Shown here piece by piece: positions 24,122-36,990 of a stretch of 64,000 nt of DNA. Position numbers and translations under genes: made by a program. The notes under the pieces are model-generated. The model saw only the letters and a program-made list of their open reading frames with translations, searched no databases and was not told the origin of the DNA. The stretch covers positions 63,924,001-63,988,000 of the forward strand of contig NC_087436.1 of the NCBI RefSeq assembly GCF_036321535.1, given 5' to 3'. The stretch comes from Camelus dromedarius (taxonomy: Eukaryota). The first letter of the stretch is position 1; every line of letters starts with the position of its first letter.

Positions 24122-27100
24122 ATACTGACAACTTTTTACCTTTTATTTTTTAAAATGCACATTGTCATCACTACCTTATCATACACACACACAAACATGC
24201 ACCTGTACATATACAAATGAAAAACATATTCTAAAAATTATTTTTTACCCCAAATGCACACAGAAAATATTCAACTTCTCTAAATAATTCCTCATAGTTA
24301 CTTTCATTACACATTAAAAATTGCTATAATTTTATGAATTTTTAAAATTATTGCATCTAAAAGTCAGGAATTAAATTTACTTTCTAAATATTTGTGTATT
24401 TACAAAATAAATTTAATGTAAAGCATCTACTTACTAAGAATAAACCCAACTCTATTACATAAGTATGTCATTAAAAAATAAACCATTTTCACTCAGACAT
24501 TTGGTTTTCCCATGACTAACACAGTTTATGTTACCAACAAAGAGTTTCTATTTTCATGTACATAAAGGCATTCTCAGGAACCACAGAAAAGTTTGTACCT
24601 GACACTAAATACGGAAGTAAATTTGCCATTAACACACAGTGCTTCTTGGCTAAGATCTTTACCATAACACATAAGCAAATTCATAAAGGCTGATTGTTTT
24701 TCTGCTGGTTTGCCTACTTGCCATGAAGAACTCTAAAGTGCAACATCTTGAAGACATTCCTTATATTTAACACCACAGAAAACCACTTCTGCACTCACAA
24801 TTTGTTGTGATTTTTTTTAAGTGGGGACACCACAGATTGGAAAAGCACGCAAGGGTTGTTTGTTTCCCATAAACTGGCCATCTTGCTGTGAGGAGAGGGT
24901 AGCTCCTATCAAAAGCTCCTGCAAAAATGCGCTGATTGGCATTCTGCTGACTCGTTGATCTTAAGCACAGCCAGCAGAAGCCTGATTGTAATTATTCCTG
25001 TTTCCAGTCTCTGTGTATACATCAGGTGCAGCAGGGCTCTCAGGGATGTGCTGTTTAGTATCAAAACCCAGCAGAGTCAGAGAGCTCCCCTTACTCATTC
25101 ACGGTAGGCAAGGAAACACATTTAACATGGCTAAGTTGTTTGCAAGCCAAGTCAAACATAGCAGGACTCATGATTGGAGCCAAGCCAAGAGCTCATAGTG
25201 GGTGGTCAATGCACATTTGTCTAATTTAATTGAATGATCACAGAGAGCTTTAAACTAAACTGGAGCCTTAAAAAGTTTCCATTATAAGTGCCAGCTTTAA
25301 ACCCTAAAATATGGTGGCAGATTCATATTCTCAGAACGTGATTATCAAGGTCTTCTGGAAACTTCCTGTGGCGTAGGCTAGAATTAGTATATGTGACCAG
25401 TGTGGTCACAATTGAAGCGTCTGCCATAATTTTCTGCCCTCCTTGAGAGGTAATGAAATATCCAATATCCCTTTAAAGAATTCATTCTCCTTTTCAAATG
25501 TTTTCTGTTTCTTACAACTGAGAATCTTGACTGATACAGGGAAGTTTTAAAGAATATATTCCAGAATGTGAAGCTTTTAGGGAACTAAAATAAAGAAACT
25601 AAATACTGATGGAACCAATATAGAGCTGGCAAACACATCATATTAAAATATGACATTTCAACATTATATTATTTTTAAGTGACATCATAACACTAAAAAG
25701 TAAGAGAAATAATTTCTGAATTTACAAGTCCTTTAGACTTATCATATGCAGCTTCAAGGCAAAGGTAGTAATTTTTCACAGTGAAAACAGTACTCCACAA
25801 GTATATGGAAATCACTACTCTAGAACAATCCACTGAATGCATTCTCCTAACCACTTTTCTCACCATGTCTTATAAACTGCCATCTTATGTTATCTTTCTT
25901 ACCCCACAACCTGTCTCCTTGCATTCCTCTGTCATGACATTGTAATGGATTTAAATAATTTATCAGTCTACAGGATAAGCTAGGTTGGAAAAAAAAAAAA
26001 AAAGGCTTAAAAAGATGTAAAACCCAAAACTGATCTATAGAGGAAACACAATCTCTGTCAAAACCCCAAATGGCCTTTTTTATAGAAATTGACAAGCTGT
26101 ACCTAAAATTTAAAAGGAAATACAAGAGACCTCGAATAACCAAAAAATATTGAAAAATGAAGAAAGCTGGGGAATTTCCACTTCTTGATTTCAAAACTTA
26201 CTAGAAAGCTACAGTAAACAATACTGTGTGGCGTTAACATAAGTATATATATATAGAGGTTAACAAAATAAAATTGACAGTTCAGAAATAAACCCATACA
26301 TTTAATGTCAACTGATTATCTACAAGGGAAGTCAATGAGAAAAGAATAGTTTTTTCCAACAAATGGTGCTGAGACAACTGCACAGCCATGTTCAAAAGAA
26401 TGAAGTTGAACATGTATCTCACACCATATATAAAAATTAACTCCAAATAGATCAAAGACCTAAATGTAAGACCTAAAATTATAAAACTGTAGAAGAAAAT
26501 ATAGTCATAAATCTTTGAGACCTTAGATTAGGCAGTGATATTCTAAGGCATGTCACTCAACTACAGAAAAAATAAACAAACTGGATTTCATCAGGATTTG
26601 AAACTTTCATACTTCAAAGGATAATACAAGAAGGTGAAAAGAAAACACAAAGAATGGAAGAAAAATTTTGCAAAATATATATATATGATAATGGTCTATT
26701 AGCCAGAACATATTAAAAGCTATTATATTTCAACAATAAAAAGTGAAATAAACCAATTTAAAACATGGGCAAATGAACTGAATAAACATTTCTTCGAAGA
26801 AGATATCCAAATGGCCAATATGCATATGAAAAAGAGTCATCGGGGAAAATGTAAATCAAAACTAAAATAAGATACCACTTCACACCCATTAGAATGACTA
26901 AAATCAAAATAAAGGAAAATAAAAATGTTAGTGAGTATGGGAAGAAAGTGGAATCCATATACACTGCTTGTGAAAATGTAAAATGGTGCAGTCACTTTGA
27001 AAAACAGTTGGCCAGTTGCACAAAAGATTAAATATACAGTTACCTTATGACCCATTCTGGAAAAGGCAAAATTTTAGGAATGGAAAAAGATCAGTCATAC

Positions 27101-27937
27101 CAGAGTTTGAGAGTACAAGGAGCAGTTGCCTGCAAAGGGTCTGCAGAAGAAAATTTTAAGGTGATGACATTTTCTACATAGTACTGGGGTGTCAGATACA
27201 AGACTATGCATTTGCCAAGATACACAGAATTATATACAAGATTGAACTCTCTTATTTGCAAATTTTTAAAAAATCAACCAGCATATCAGATTTCAGGATG
27301 GATGTAGACTGTGAACAAAAAGTCAAATTCATTACAAATATATGACACAACTTCACTGAAGGGGGTGAGGAAATAAACAAGCTGACTTAAATAACTTTAA
27401 AACAATGTTTTGACTGGATTCTATAAGGCTAAAGACAAAAAGAACCATATACAACCAGTAGTCTTACTGGTAAATTTATCTCTCAAAGAGGTATGGATTA
27501 GCAATTCTAAAACTACTTTACATGTATATAGGGTTAAACATATAATTAATTAAATTATACATAATTGGGGACCTAGTTTCTCACTGCCAGAAAATATAGT
27601 TACAAACAAGCAAGGAAGAAAGTCTATCATGAATGTCACAGTGCTGGTTTAGTTTCAGAGATGTCAATATGAACTTATTTTTATTTTAATATAGGTTCAG
27701 TAACATAGATACATATGTATACATGGGCTGGTACATATACATGTACTTCCTAGCTTTATCAGCTAAGGACCTAAAAACTGACATCTAGTAACAATAAGCA
27801 CACCTCACACCTAGATCTGCTTTCTCAATACCTAATTCCGAAAAGAACTAGGGCTTTGAAGAAATGACTTATTCTAAGGCTGGAACTCAGAAAATACAAG
27901 ATGAGTCTTGTGCATATTACAGTATAAGAAAGTAAGA

Positions 27938-28740
27938 AAGGCTGTGGAGAAAAGGGAACCCTCCTACACTGCTGGTGGGAATGAAGTTTGGTGCAGCCAC
28001 CGTGGAAAACACTATGGAGATTCCTCAAAAGTTTAGGAATAGATTTACCATAGGACCCAGGAATTCCACTCCTGGGCATATATCCAGAAGGAATCCTACT
28101 TCAAAATGACACCTGCACCCCAATGTTCATAGCAGCACTAACTGCAATAGGCAAGACATGGAAACAGCCTAAATGCCCATTGACAGATGACTGAATAAAG
28201 AAGAGGTGGTGCATTTATACAATGGAATACTATTCAGCCATAAAAAATGACAACATAACGCCATTTGCAGCAACATGGATGTCCCTGGAGAATTTCATTC
28301 TAAGCGAAGTAAGCCAGAAAAAGAAAAATACTGTATGAGATCACTCATATGTGGAATCTTAAAAAAAAAAAAAGAAAGAAAGAAAAAGACAAATGAACAT
28401 AAAACAAAACAGAAACAAGCTCATAGACATAGAATACAAACTTGTGGTTGCCAGAGGGAGGGGGGTGGAAAGGGACAGACTGGGAGTTTGAAATTTGTAG
28501 ATATTGACAGGCATATGTAGAATAGATAAACAAGATTATACTGTATAGCACAGGGAAATATATCCAAGATCTTGTGTTAGCTCACAGTGAAAAAGAATGC
28601 AACAATGAATATATGTATGTTCATGTATAACTGCAAAATTGTGCTCTACACTGGAAATTGACACAACATTGTAAACTGATTATAATAACGCAATAAAAAA
28701 AGTTTAAAATTAATTAATTAATTAATTAATTAAATTTAAT
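27938..28740 (+). mobile_element. Young camelid-type L1, 5'-truncated (ORF2 end and 3'UTR)
   Basis: Well-preserved 'ggctgtggagaaaagggaaccctcctacactgctggtggga' ... 'aaattgacacaacattgtaaactga' with AATAAA and an (AATT)n tail. Confidence 0.92.
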
Positions 28741-29279
28741 AGAATAAGCCCCCCACCCAAAGAAAAAAAAGGTCAGAGAAGAGAAACAGAAAGAGCTCCT
28801 ATTGGCCAAAGCTGGAAAAATTTCCGTAATATAATAAATAAATATGTTGAATTATAAACCCAAAGAATATAATAAATATTTATACATCCATGGTAATATA
28901 AATATTGATTCAACAAATGGGGAGGAGGAACAAATTTCTTTATAGAAGAATTCCAGTGAATAAATGTAGAAGGAATGAGAGAAACAGAACACTACTAGTA
29001 ATTGCTGTCCGCAAAGCCCACTGACTAATGCTAAAACTAGTAGGTAAAACCTTTAAGAGAAAAAGAATGTATGCAAATCTTCAAAGTATCTCCCAAAAAT
29101 TATTTATTAATAATTTTTTCATGTGTCCACAAATTGTTGCTACTCTCCCGCTAGATATTAAAATTTAATTCCCTTCTCCTTGAACCTAGGTTGGGTTTAG
29201 TGACTTGCATGTAACAAGGAAAATACAGTAACTTTACAGTGGAGAAGCTTAGCAGACACCACCTTAAATGGCACCTGAA

Positions 29280-29702
29280 GTGGTAAATCAGTATTCTAAG
29301 ACTATGGTAACAAAGTACCACAAACTCTGGCTTAACACAATAGAAAAGTATTTTCTCATAGGGAAGCTAACAGACTGAAATCAAATTGTTAGCAAGGCCA
29401 TGCTTCTTTCTCTGAAGGCTCTAAAAAAGAATCCATTCTTCCCTCTTCTTGCTTTTGATGGTTACTGCCAATGCTTGGAAGGCCTTGACTTCGCTTCAGT
29501 CTCTGCCTTCTTACCTGCCTATCTGTGTTTATTTCCAAATTTCCCTCTAAGAGAAAAACAGTCACTGGATTTAGGGTCCAATATAATCTAGTATGACATC
29601 ATCTAAACTGATTACATCTGCAAAGAACTTATTTACAAAAAAGGTCAAATTTTCATGTTCCAGGTGGACAAGAATTTGTGAGACAGTATTTAATCTGGTA
29701 CA
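29280..29702 (-). mobile_element. MaLR solo LTR (MLT1B/C-like) nested in L1MC
   Basis: 'gtaacaaagtaccacaaact...gccatgcttctttctctgaaggctcta...gattacatctgcaaaga'. The L1MC sequence resumes at 'gtgatcaagatcaa'. Confidence 0.8.
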
Positions 29703-29755
29703 AGTGATCAAGATCAATACCAATAGTAAAAAGTCATATTGATATCATCTACCCA

Positions 29756-30793
29756 CTGGTTTTAAAATAGCTGATTTAGTGTCTTTGTAGACAATTCCAA
29801 CATCTTGAGGTTGGAGTCTGTTGATCGTCTTTTCTATGTGAGTTGTGATTTTCTTGATTCTTCATGTGCTGAGTATTTTTGGATTTTACCTTGGACAATC
29901 TCAATATTATGTTATGAGACTTTGGATCTTATTTAAACACTGTGGATATTCCTGATGATTTTGTTTTAGCAGGTCCGGGTTTCAAGATCAGTGGGTACAG
30001 GTTTCAAGATCTGACCAACATTCCATAGGTTGTTCTATTTTTAAAGCCTACACAGTATTATTTGGATCTGTCCTGTGTGTTTGTTGCTCATTGGTCAGCC
30101 TAGGACTTGAGTGAGTATCTACCCCTTAGTTCATTGCTCAAAGTTACTGGTATGCTATTTAGGATCACAGATATATATATCTCAGGGGTAATCCCAAGAG
30201 TTCATAATAAATTTATACAAGTTGCTTTTTTAAGCTCCTTCCTCTCCATGATTCCCCTGGTACTTTTCAGTTCACTGAGGCTCCCTTTTCCAGTCTTCCA
30301 TGCAGAAATCTGGGCCTCTATTTACCTGACTATCTCACACACTTCCTGATGTGGAATAGAATCATAGTAGGATAGAGAGAGAGAACAGCAACCAGGGTTA
30401 ACCCCACCCCCTTGGGAGCACAGCTCCTACCTCTCAGTTCTGGGCACTAGTTGGCCAGTGCTATCCCACTGTTACTACAAGATCTCTTTCCTGCCCATCA
30501 CCATGTAATAGAGTGCTTCTCCTAGAGCTTTCTGTCTGTGCTGATGTCCATTTCTGAATTTCAGATTGCCTTGAGACTAGGCTAGGAAATAACTGGGAGA
30601 AAATTGTAAACTCACTACCAATCCAAATGTTACTAAAATTCTTGGTCTTTTTTTTTTTTTTTTTTTTTTTTTGCTTCTATTTAATTTTCAGAGTCTTCAG
30701 ATCACTGCTTCATACACTGTGTCCAAGTTTTATAGTTCACTCAGGAGAAGAAACTGGGTAAAATATGCTTACTACTTTTACCTGGAACAAGAA
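29756..30793 (-). mobile_element. Old L1M 5'UTR and ORF1 start, antisense
   Basis: 'taaaatagctgatttagtgtctttg...aattccaacatct' (ORF1 start, reversed) and an L1M-type 5' terminus 'tgcttactacttttacctggaacaagaa'. Confidence 0.6.
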
Positions 30794-31720
30794 TCAACAT
30801 AATGGAAATAAACTAGAAATAAACAATAAAAAGATATTAGAAAATTCTCCAAATATTTGGAAGTTAATAGCATACTCTAATTAAACAGAGTGTATCAAGG
30901 GATATTAGAATTTGTTTTAAACTAAATGAAAATGAAAATACAACGATTAAAATTTGAGGAAAAAAGCTAAGGTGTGAAAATTATGCCACCAGATATTCAT
31001 ACAGGAATGGAGGATATAAAAATCTGTAAACTAAACTTTGACAGGAAGCACAGTATACCTCCCCAAAATATGTCAGCTTTGGATACTGATTATTTTAAAC
31101 TGTAGACACTTGAAATATAGCAAATACAGGGAGAGGCTTTTTCTGAACTCCCCTTATCTACCTAAAGACAGAACCTCCAAAAGGAACTCAGTTGTCATAA
31201 ATTCTCTGCCCAAGAGTCTCATCAGCCATGGAAGATTGACATTTATCATAGGAGATGAGACTAAAAGTTGACACCACACCCAGAATAACTGTCATAAAAT
31301 ATCATACTTTCCATCTATTCTTCTAAGGGCCCATTCATCTCTCCTAAAAATTATCTACTCTTCCCTAAGAAACCTACAAACCACTACTGTTTCCCTATTA
31401 AGATGGTACTCAAGTTTGAATTCTAAACCACTTATTTAAGTTACTCATTTTTCCCTAGGTATCTCCCATGCTTCTGTTTGTTTTTCTCTTGTTAATCTGT
31501 TTTTTTTTTCTCTTATTAATCTGTTTTTTATTACAGGGATCTCAGCTAAGATTCATACAGCTATAGGGAAAATTATTTCCCCTACATTTTCTATCTCCAG
31601 AAATTGAATAAATAACAACTATATAAATATAAACAAGGGGAAGAAAAGACATAATAAAGACAAAAACAGAAATCAATAAAATTTAAAACAGAAGAGAAAC
31701 AATAGAGAAAATCAAAAGAT
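30794..31720 (+). mobile_element. Old L1 ORF2 fragment split by an LTR
   Basis: 'aatggaaataaactagaaataaacaataaaaag...aaatatttggaagttaa' and 'cagaaatcaataaaatt...aacaatagagaaaatcaa'. Confidence 0.75.
31039..31586 (+). mobile_element. ERV1 solo LTR (MER34-like)
   Basis: TG...CA termini, 'ccccaaaatatg...gattattttaaactg', 'ctgaactccccttatctacctaaa', ending 'tttcccctaca'. Confidence 0.8.
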
Positions 31721-31970
31721 ACACGTTGCTTGAATCAAGAGGATGATAGAGTAGACGTGATGAGAAGTAGTCAGATTCTAGATATGTTTTGATGGTAGAG
31801 CCTATAGGGTTTTCTACATACTAGTAGAAAGCTGTGAGAAAGAGTATCAGGGATGTCTTCAGGGGTTTGAGCATAAGAAACTGGGAAAGGAAAATTGCCA
31901 TGTAAGAGAAAGACTAAAGAATGAGCAGGTTTGGGAGGTATATCAGTAGGAACTTGTTTTTGTCTGTACA
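31720..31970 (-). mobile_element. L2 fragment
   Basis: 'gtgatgagaagtagtcagattctagatatgttttgatggtagagcc'. Confidence 0.7.
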
Positions 31971-33516
31971 TAACAGAGGAACCAAAATATATAATCAAAT
32001 TTAAAAATATGTAAGCTTATTTGTATCTCATACAAAACAATTCTGGAGGTAGATAATCAAAATATTATTGGGAGATTCAAGTTCACATATTTATGGTCTG
32101 CTATCCTGGCACGTGTTTTTCAGTCTCAATGTCACCTATTGTCCAGATGAGACCTAATCCAGCAAATACATGCAAATTCAAGCTAGAAATAAGAAAGTCA
32201 GGTTTTCATGAAAGGAGCTCTTTCACGTGTCAGTTCTCTTTAAGCTACACAGGAGGTCTCATGTAACAGATCCATTTATATCACATTAGTTAGAATTAGT
32301 TGCATGACAATCCCTATTGCAAGGAAAACTAGACAATATATTATCTTACTCTAGGCACTGATGTACCCAACTAAAATCAAGGCTCCAGAGGTCACAGTGT
32401 AAGTCTTTTGTGTGATGAAGAGAAAGAGATTAAGAGATATACAGAACCACATGGAAATGAAATATGGCAATGAGAGAATCACGGGAATTTGGTGATAGAT
32501 GTACACAGTGATACAGGGCATAATGGCATTGAGAGCAGCATTAAAATACTAACCATTTGTAGTATGTGGCATATATGAAGGTGCTCCAATGGCAACATTT
32601 CTAAGATCTAGTCTATTGAAAAAGCCAGTCAGAAGGACACAAACATTTTGAAAGAAAAAATTCAGGTGTTACTGAACAGGATAGAAACAAGGAAAAACAA
32701 GCAAAAAGTGGTTCAAAGTGAAAGACAAGAGGCAGGATGCAGAAAAAAAATTATCTGAAGAGGATAGCAGCAAAGACTCTTCACAGAGTGCTTGTAAATA
32801 CATTGGTTCAAAAGATTTTTGTCTAGTACATGAGACAGAAAATAAAAAATTACCTCTTTGAAGGCTAGCTCATTTCATCACACATACCAGTGATGAGGGA
32901 ATGTCTAAGAGGAAATTCATATGGAAGTAGAAGAGTATAGAAGATAACTGGATGATCTTCTTCATGATTATTTCCCATCATTATTTAAATCCACCCATGT
33001 AAAATCATCAAAAAAACAAACCCACTCCTTTCCTTTCTCTTTTTAAAGACTCAATCTACAAGAAAAAAATCCAAAATATTTTTACTTGAGACTATATAAT
33101 TTGACCCAACATTATAGAAATGCCTAAGTTTTCATTAACAGCTTCCTTGTCCTTCTATTCAAATTAAGTTGCTGGGGAAATTAATTCCTGTAAGCTTGAA
33201 AATGATTGCAAATATCAATAATTGATTCAGTAATTACTGGAATGGTTGTTTGATTTAAATCTATACTGTTTTATTGGTTCTAAATGAATCTATGATAGTC
33301 ACTGTCTTATAAGAACAGAAACTTTAAAAGATAATTCTTCCATACTTTCATGGCCTTAAAACTGTCTGGAAGAAGCCTCCAACAATAGTGTTTCATCCCA
33401 TGGTTATATGCCACTTTCTATAAACGAAGAAGTGAGACTCCATAATATAAACTAAAAGGAAACATGTAATAAAACTTGAGCAATGTATTAAAAGGGAAAC
33501 TGCCCTTTAAAGATAA

Positions 33517-33604
33517 TGGATCTATTCTCTACTCCATGCATGAATGCAACTCCCATTAACGCTAATGGAAGTTACACGTGAGCACCAAGGAAATATATCT
33601 GGCA
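33517..33604. repeat. Ancient palindromic repeat (MER133-like)
   Basis: Hairpin core tgcaactcccatta-acgc-taatggaagttaca (33545-33576) with degenerate outer arms (ggatctattct / atatatctggc). Confidence 0.55.
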
Positions 33605-36344
33605 TAGCGAATTTCCAGAATGGGTAATGGCATCTAATCTATTCCTGGCATAGTTGTATCTTTATGCAGCCAAACAAAAGTACTCCTAAAATTTGGGGAT
33701 AGAGAAAACCATTTAAGTAAAGAATTTGAAAGTAATAAGAAACTCTGAGAATGTGACAGTACCTTTGCATTTTTCTTCTCACTTAAAAACTCCTTTCAGT
33801 CACTGAAACTTCTCTCCTGCTATTGCATGGACTTTAAGAGACTGGTTTTAAAGCAATGATGTTGCCTAATCAATTAGCTAAGATAATTTATAATACAGCA
33901 ATGTCTGACACAAAGTTAGTGCTCAGAAAAGTTCAGTTGCTTTCCTAATCTCGTTTGGATATTCTGTATTAAAAAAAATTGTCATAATAGTAGCTATCAA
34001 CAGTCCAAAAATCTTTTTTCTCTGAATTCAAAGGTTCCTGATTATTGATTATTTGTTGAGTTTTTGGTAGCTTAAGTTAGCTTCCTGAAGCTTTTTTAGT
34101 GTGGAATTTTTAAAAATCAGATAATCACAACATTCAAGCAAATGGAATTTTTACTACACTAATTATAAAGATAATTTACCTAATTTACTGAAGAGTCAAA
34201 GTTAGGTATTAGTATAATGTTGAGATGTAATGTCAGAGTTGAACTTGTGTTCAGAAACTCTCCAGAATAGACTCTCTCTACAGCTGGTCTGTGTTCAACC
34301 ATATGACAGATAATAGCTAATTGTTTTGAAATAAGCTACTTCACAGTTATTGATCTTGGTTTTTGTTTATGTAACTAATTACTCTCAGTACATCTAAGGA
34401 GAAATTCTTATCTATTTCATAGCGATATACTAAGAGTTTTCTCTCATCTTACCTCAGCAAATTCTTCCTGCTAAAATTCTCAAAAGCTTCCCAGTCAAAT
34501 TTCTTGCTTCTTGTTCAATGAGAGGGATTACCGTGGTCAACAGGAAGATCTCTCTCTTTTCCCTCTCTCTTTTTCTTTCTCTCTCCCCATCTTACTTCTC
34601 TCCCTTTTGCCTTTTGCTTTCCTTTCTGTCAACTCTACATATTGCGTAAGCATCTCTCCTCCCTTTATCCCATCTAAAAGGGAGGAACAAGTTAGTTCCA
34701 TTGAAGTTCTAAAGAATAGTGGGCAAGATAGGGAAATAGGGAAACTGGCTTAATCCTGACATAAACATCTTCATATTTTCCATGACAATCACTCATATAA
34801 GTATACCACTGAAATACTTTGAAAAAGATTGAAGCCATGCCTTTTGAGATCTATAATTTGAGTAAGAAGGGAAAAAGAGAAGGAAATTCTGGCCTAGAAT
34901 CTGAAAACAGCATAGATCAAACAAGTAGTAAAGGGAACTGACAAGGATAGAATGAGCGTGATTGGAAATTTCCTATATGCCTAACACTTTAAACATTAAG
35001 TATTACTGCCATACATTTAGTATCATCCAAAGAGACGGAAGCTCTGAGAGATCTAGGTAATTTCCCAAAGACATACAGGTTGTAAATACATATATATTTG
35101 ACTCCAGAGCTCCTGAACTTTCCACATCTAGGCAAGGCTGCCTCATTAATAAATGGAATGCTATTTAGCCAACATTCTCTGTCCCCTGAGTAGGTCATCC
35201 AAGTCATCAAATTAGAAAGCTTTTGGTCTCCCACAAAACTTCCAACTATATGTACCCCAAATCACATGACTTGTACAAATAGAAAACAACATCTTCCAAT
35301 TTTCAGAAACCTCTAGTGGCCAAATTATTGGGATTCATTAGGAATGAATGTGCATTGTTCTTAATCTCAAATATAGTAATTTTTCAAGTGTATGTCCTTC
35401 CATTATGATTCAGAAGAACACTATTTTCCCCCAATTTCTTCATATAAAAAGGATAACCTGCCTTCCACCCTCACACAGTTGTTGAAGGACAAAATTTATG
35501 CAAAATAATTGTTGTTTTGTGTGAGCTATTTTGTAATTTTTCTGCTCCAAGACCTAAAATAATGCATAATAATTCTAAATAAATTTGAATGCATGACCTT
35601 TGATTTTTCAGTTCCAAATACAGCTCCAAAGAAGAAATACCATTTAACCATAACCTATTATTATATTACAATTAAAAGAATCCATTTTTAGTGTTCTAAA
35701 GACAAGACACTTTAGGCATGTAACTACTCTACCATTTTCTTCATTTACATCTGTTAACTTCGCATTTAAAGTCGAAAATGTGGTATAATAGAAAAAGCAT
35801 GGGAAATCCCCCAAAGTATTTGATCAAATCCCTCAAAATTCTTGTTATAAGGTTTATAATTTTTATGAAAGATAAAATAATTTGTTTGTGCTTCTGTCTT
35901 TGCAAAATTAGAACTGAATATTTACCCCACTGATTTGTTAAGATGAAAAGGCACTATATCCATTACATATTACACACAAAATAAATCATTGTTAATTTAT
36001 TATCATCACCATCAACAGTATTCAAGTCAATACGAGACTAAAAAGAATTACTTCATAATCTAGCATTTATATGCACAATTTACTAAAACGCGTTTTTTTA
36101 AGGTTGTGAACAATACTCGCTAATGATGGTCATTGAGTTAATTAGGGCACACAAAGCACTAATTGCAGGGAACAAAAAATATCCCCTAACACAAGTCTCA
36201 CAATATAGAGAATGTTGGTGTATCATCTATTATAGTGTATGAGTTCCATCAGCACAACACCATACTTTTTTTCTCTACAAAATCTAAATTTGTATACTCA
36301 AATAATAAATCTGTGGCCTTGGAAGCATAAAATAACCAAAAAGT

Positions 36345-36480
36345 TTCCCTTTCTTCCTTCCTTCCTTCCTCCCTCCTTCCCTCTCATCCTCCTCTTTCTT
36401 TCTTTTTCTTTCTTTTTTTTCTTTCCCTTTCTTTTTCTCTTTTTTCTTCCTTCCTTTCTTTCATTCTTTTCTTCATTTCC
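36345..36480. repeat. CT-rich low-complexity tract ((CTTC)n/(CTTT)n)
   Basis: About 135 bp that is almost purely pyrimidine. Confidence 0.9.
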
Positions 36481-36629
36481 AAAAATTTAAAGTTCATTCA
36501 ATATTCAAAAAAAAAAAACCAATTTGCTGACTTTTGTTTATTTCATTGTTTTTGTCTTTCATCCCATTCCCCAAACTCTATTTTCCAGTCCCTTTACTTG
36601 TCTCAAAAACTCATTCACTCTAGAATAGA

Positions 36630-36990
36630 AAACATAAAGACCATATGATATCACTTATATGTGGAATCTAAAAAAGAGACAAAAAAACTTATTTACAAAT
36701 CAGAAACAGACTAACAAACATAGAAAACAAACTTGTGGTTACCAGAGGGGAAAGCAGGAGGGAAGGGATAAATTGGGAGTTCAAGATTAGCAGATACTAA
36801 CTACTATATATAAAATAGATAAACAATAAGGTTATACTGTATAGAACGGGGAACTATATTCAATATAGTAACCTATAATGAAAAATAATTTGAAAATGAG
36901 TATGTTGTGTATGTACATGTAGACTGAAACATTATGCTGTACACCAGAAATTGACACAACATTGTAGACTATACTTCAATAAAAGAAAAA
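36630..36990 (+). mobile_element. Camelid/cetartiodactyl L1 3'UTR, truncated
   Basis: 'catatgatatcacttatatgtggaatctaaaaaa...aaacaaacttgtggttacca...attgacacaacattgtagactatacttcaataaaa'. Confidence 0.88.

Larger units (their letters stand above)
26020..29755 (+). mobile_element. Old L1 (L1MC3/4-like) ORF2 C-terminus and long 3'UTR, interrupted by younger elements
   Basis: Degenerate ORF2 ('ttccaacaaatggtgctgagacaactg', 'atcaaagacctaaatgtaagacctaaa'). L1MC-type 3'UTR motifs include 'cttcactgaagggggtg', 'gaaagagctcctattggccaaagctgg' and 'gtaactttacagtggagaa'. Confidence 0.85.

Noticed and set aside
32600..32860. Charged protein-like frames (KDKRQDAEKKLSEEDSSKDSSQ)
   Set aside because: No start or splice support and no recognisable family. 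The A/G-rich bias is sufficient explanation.
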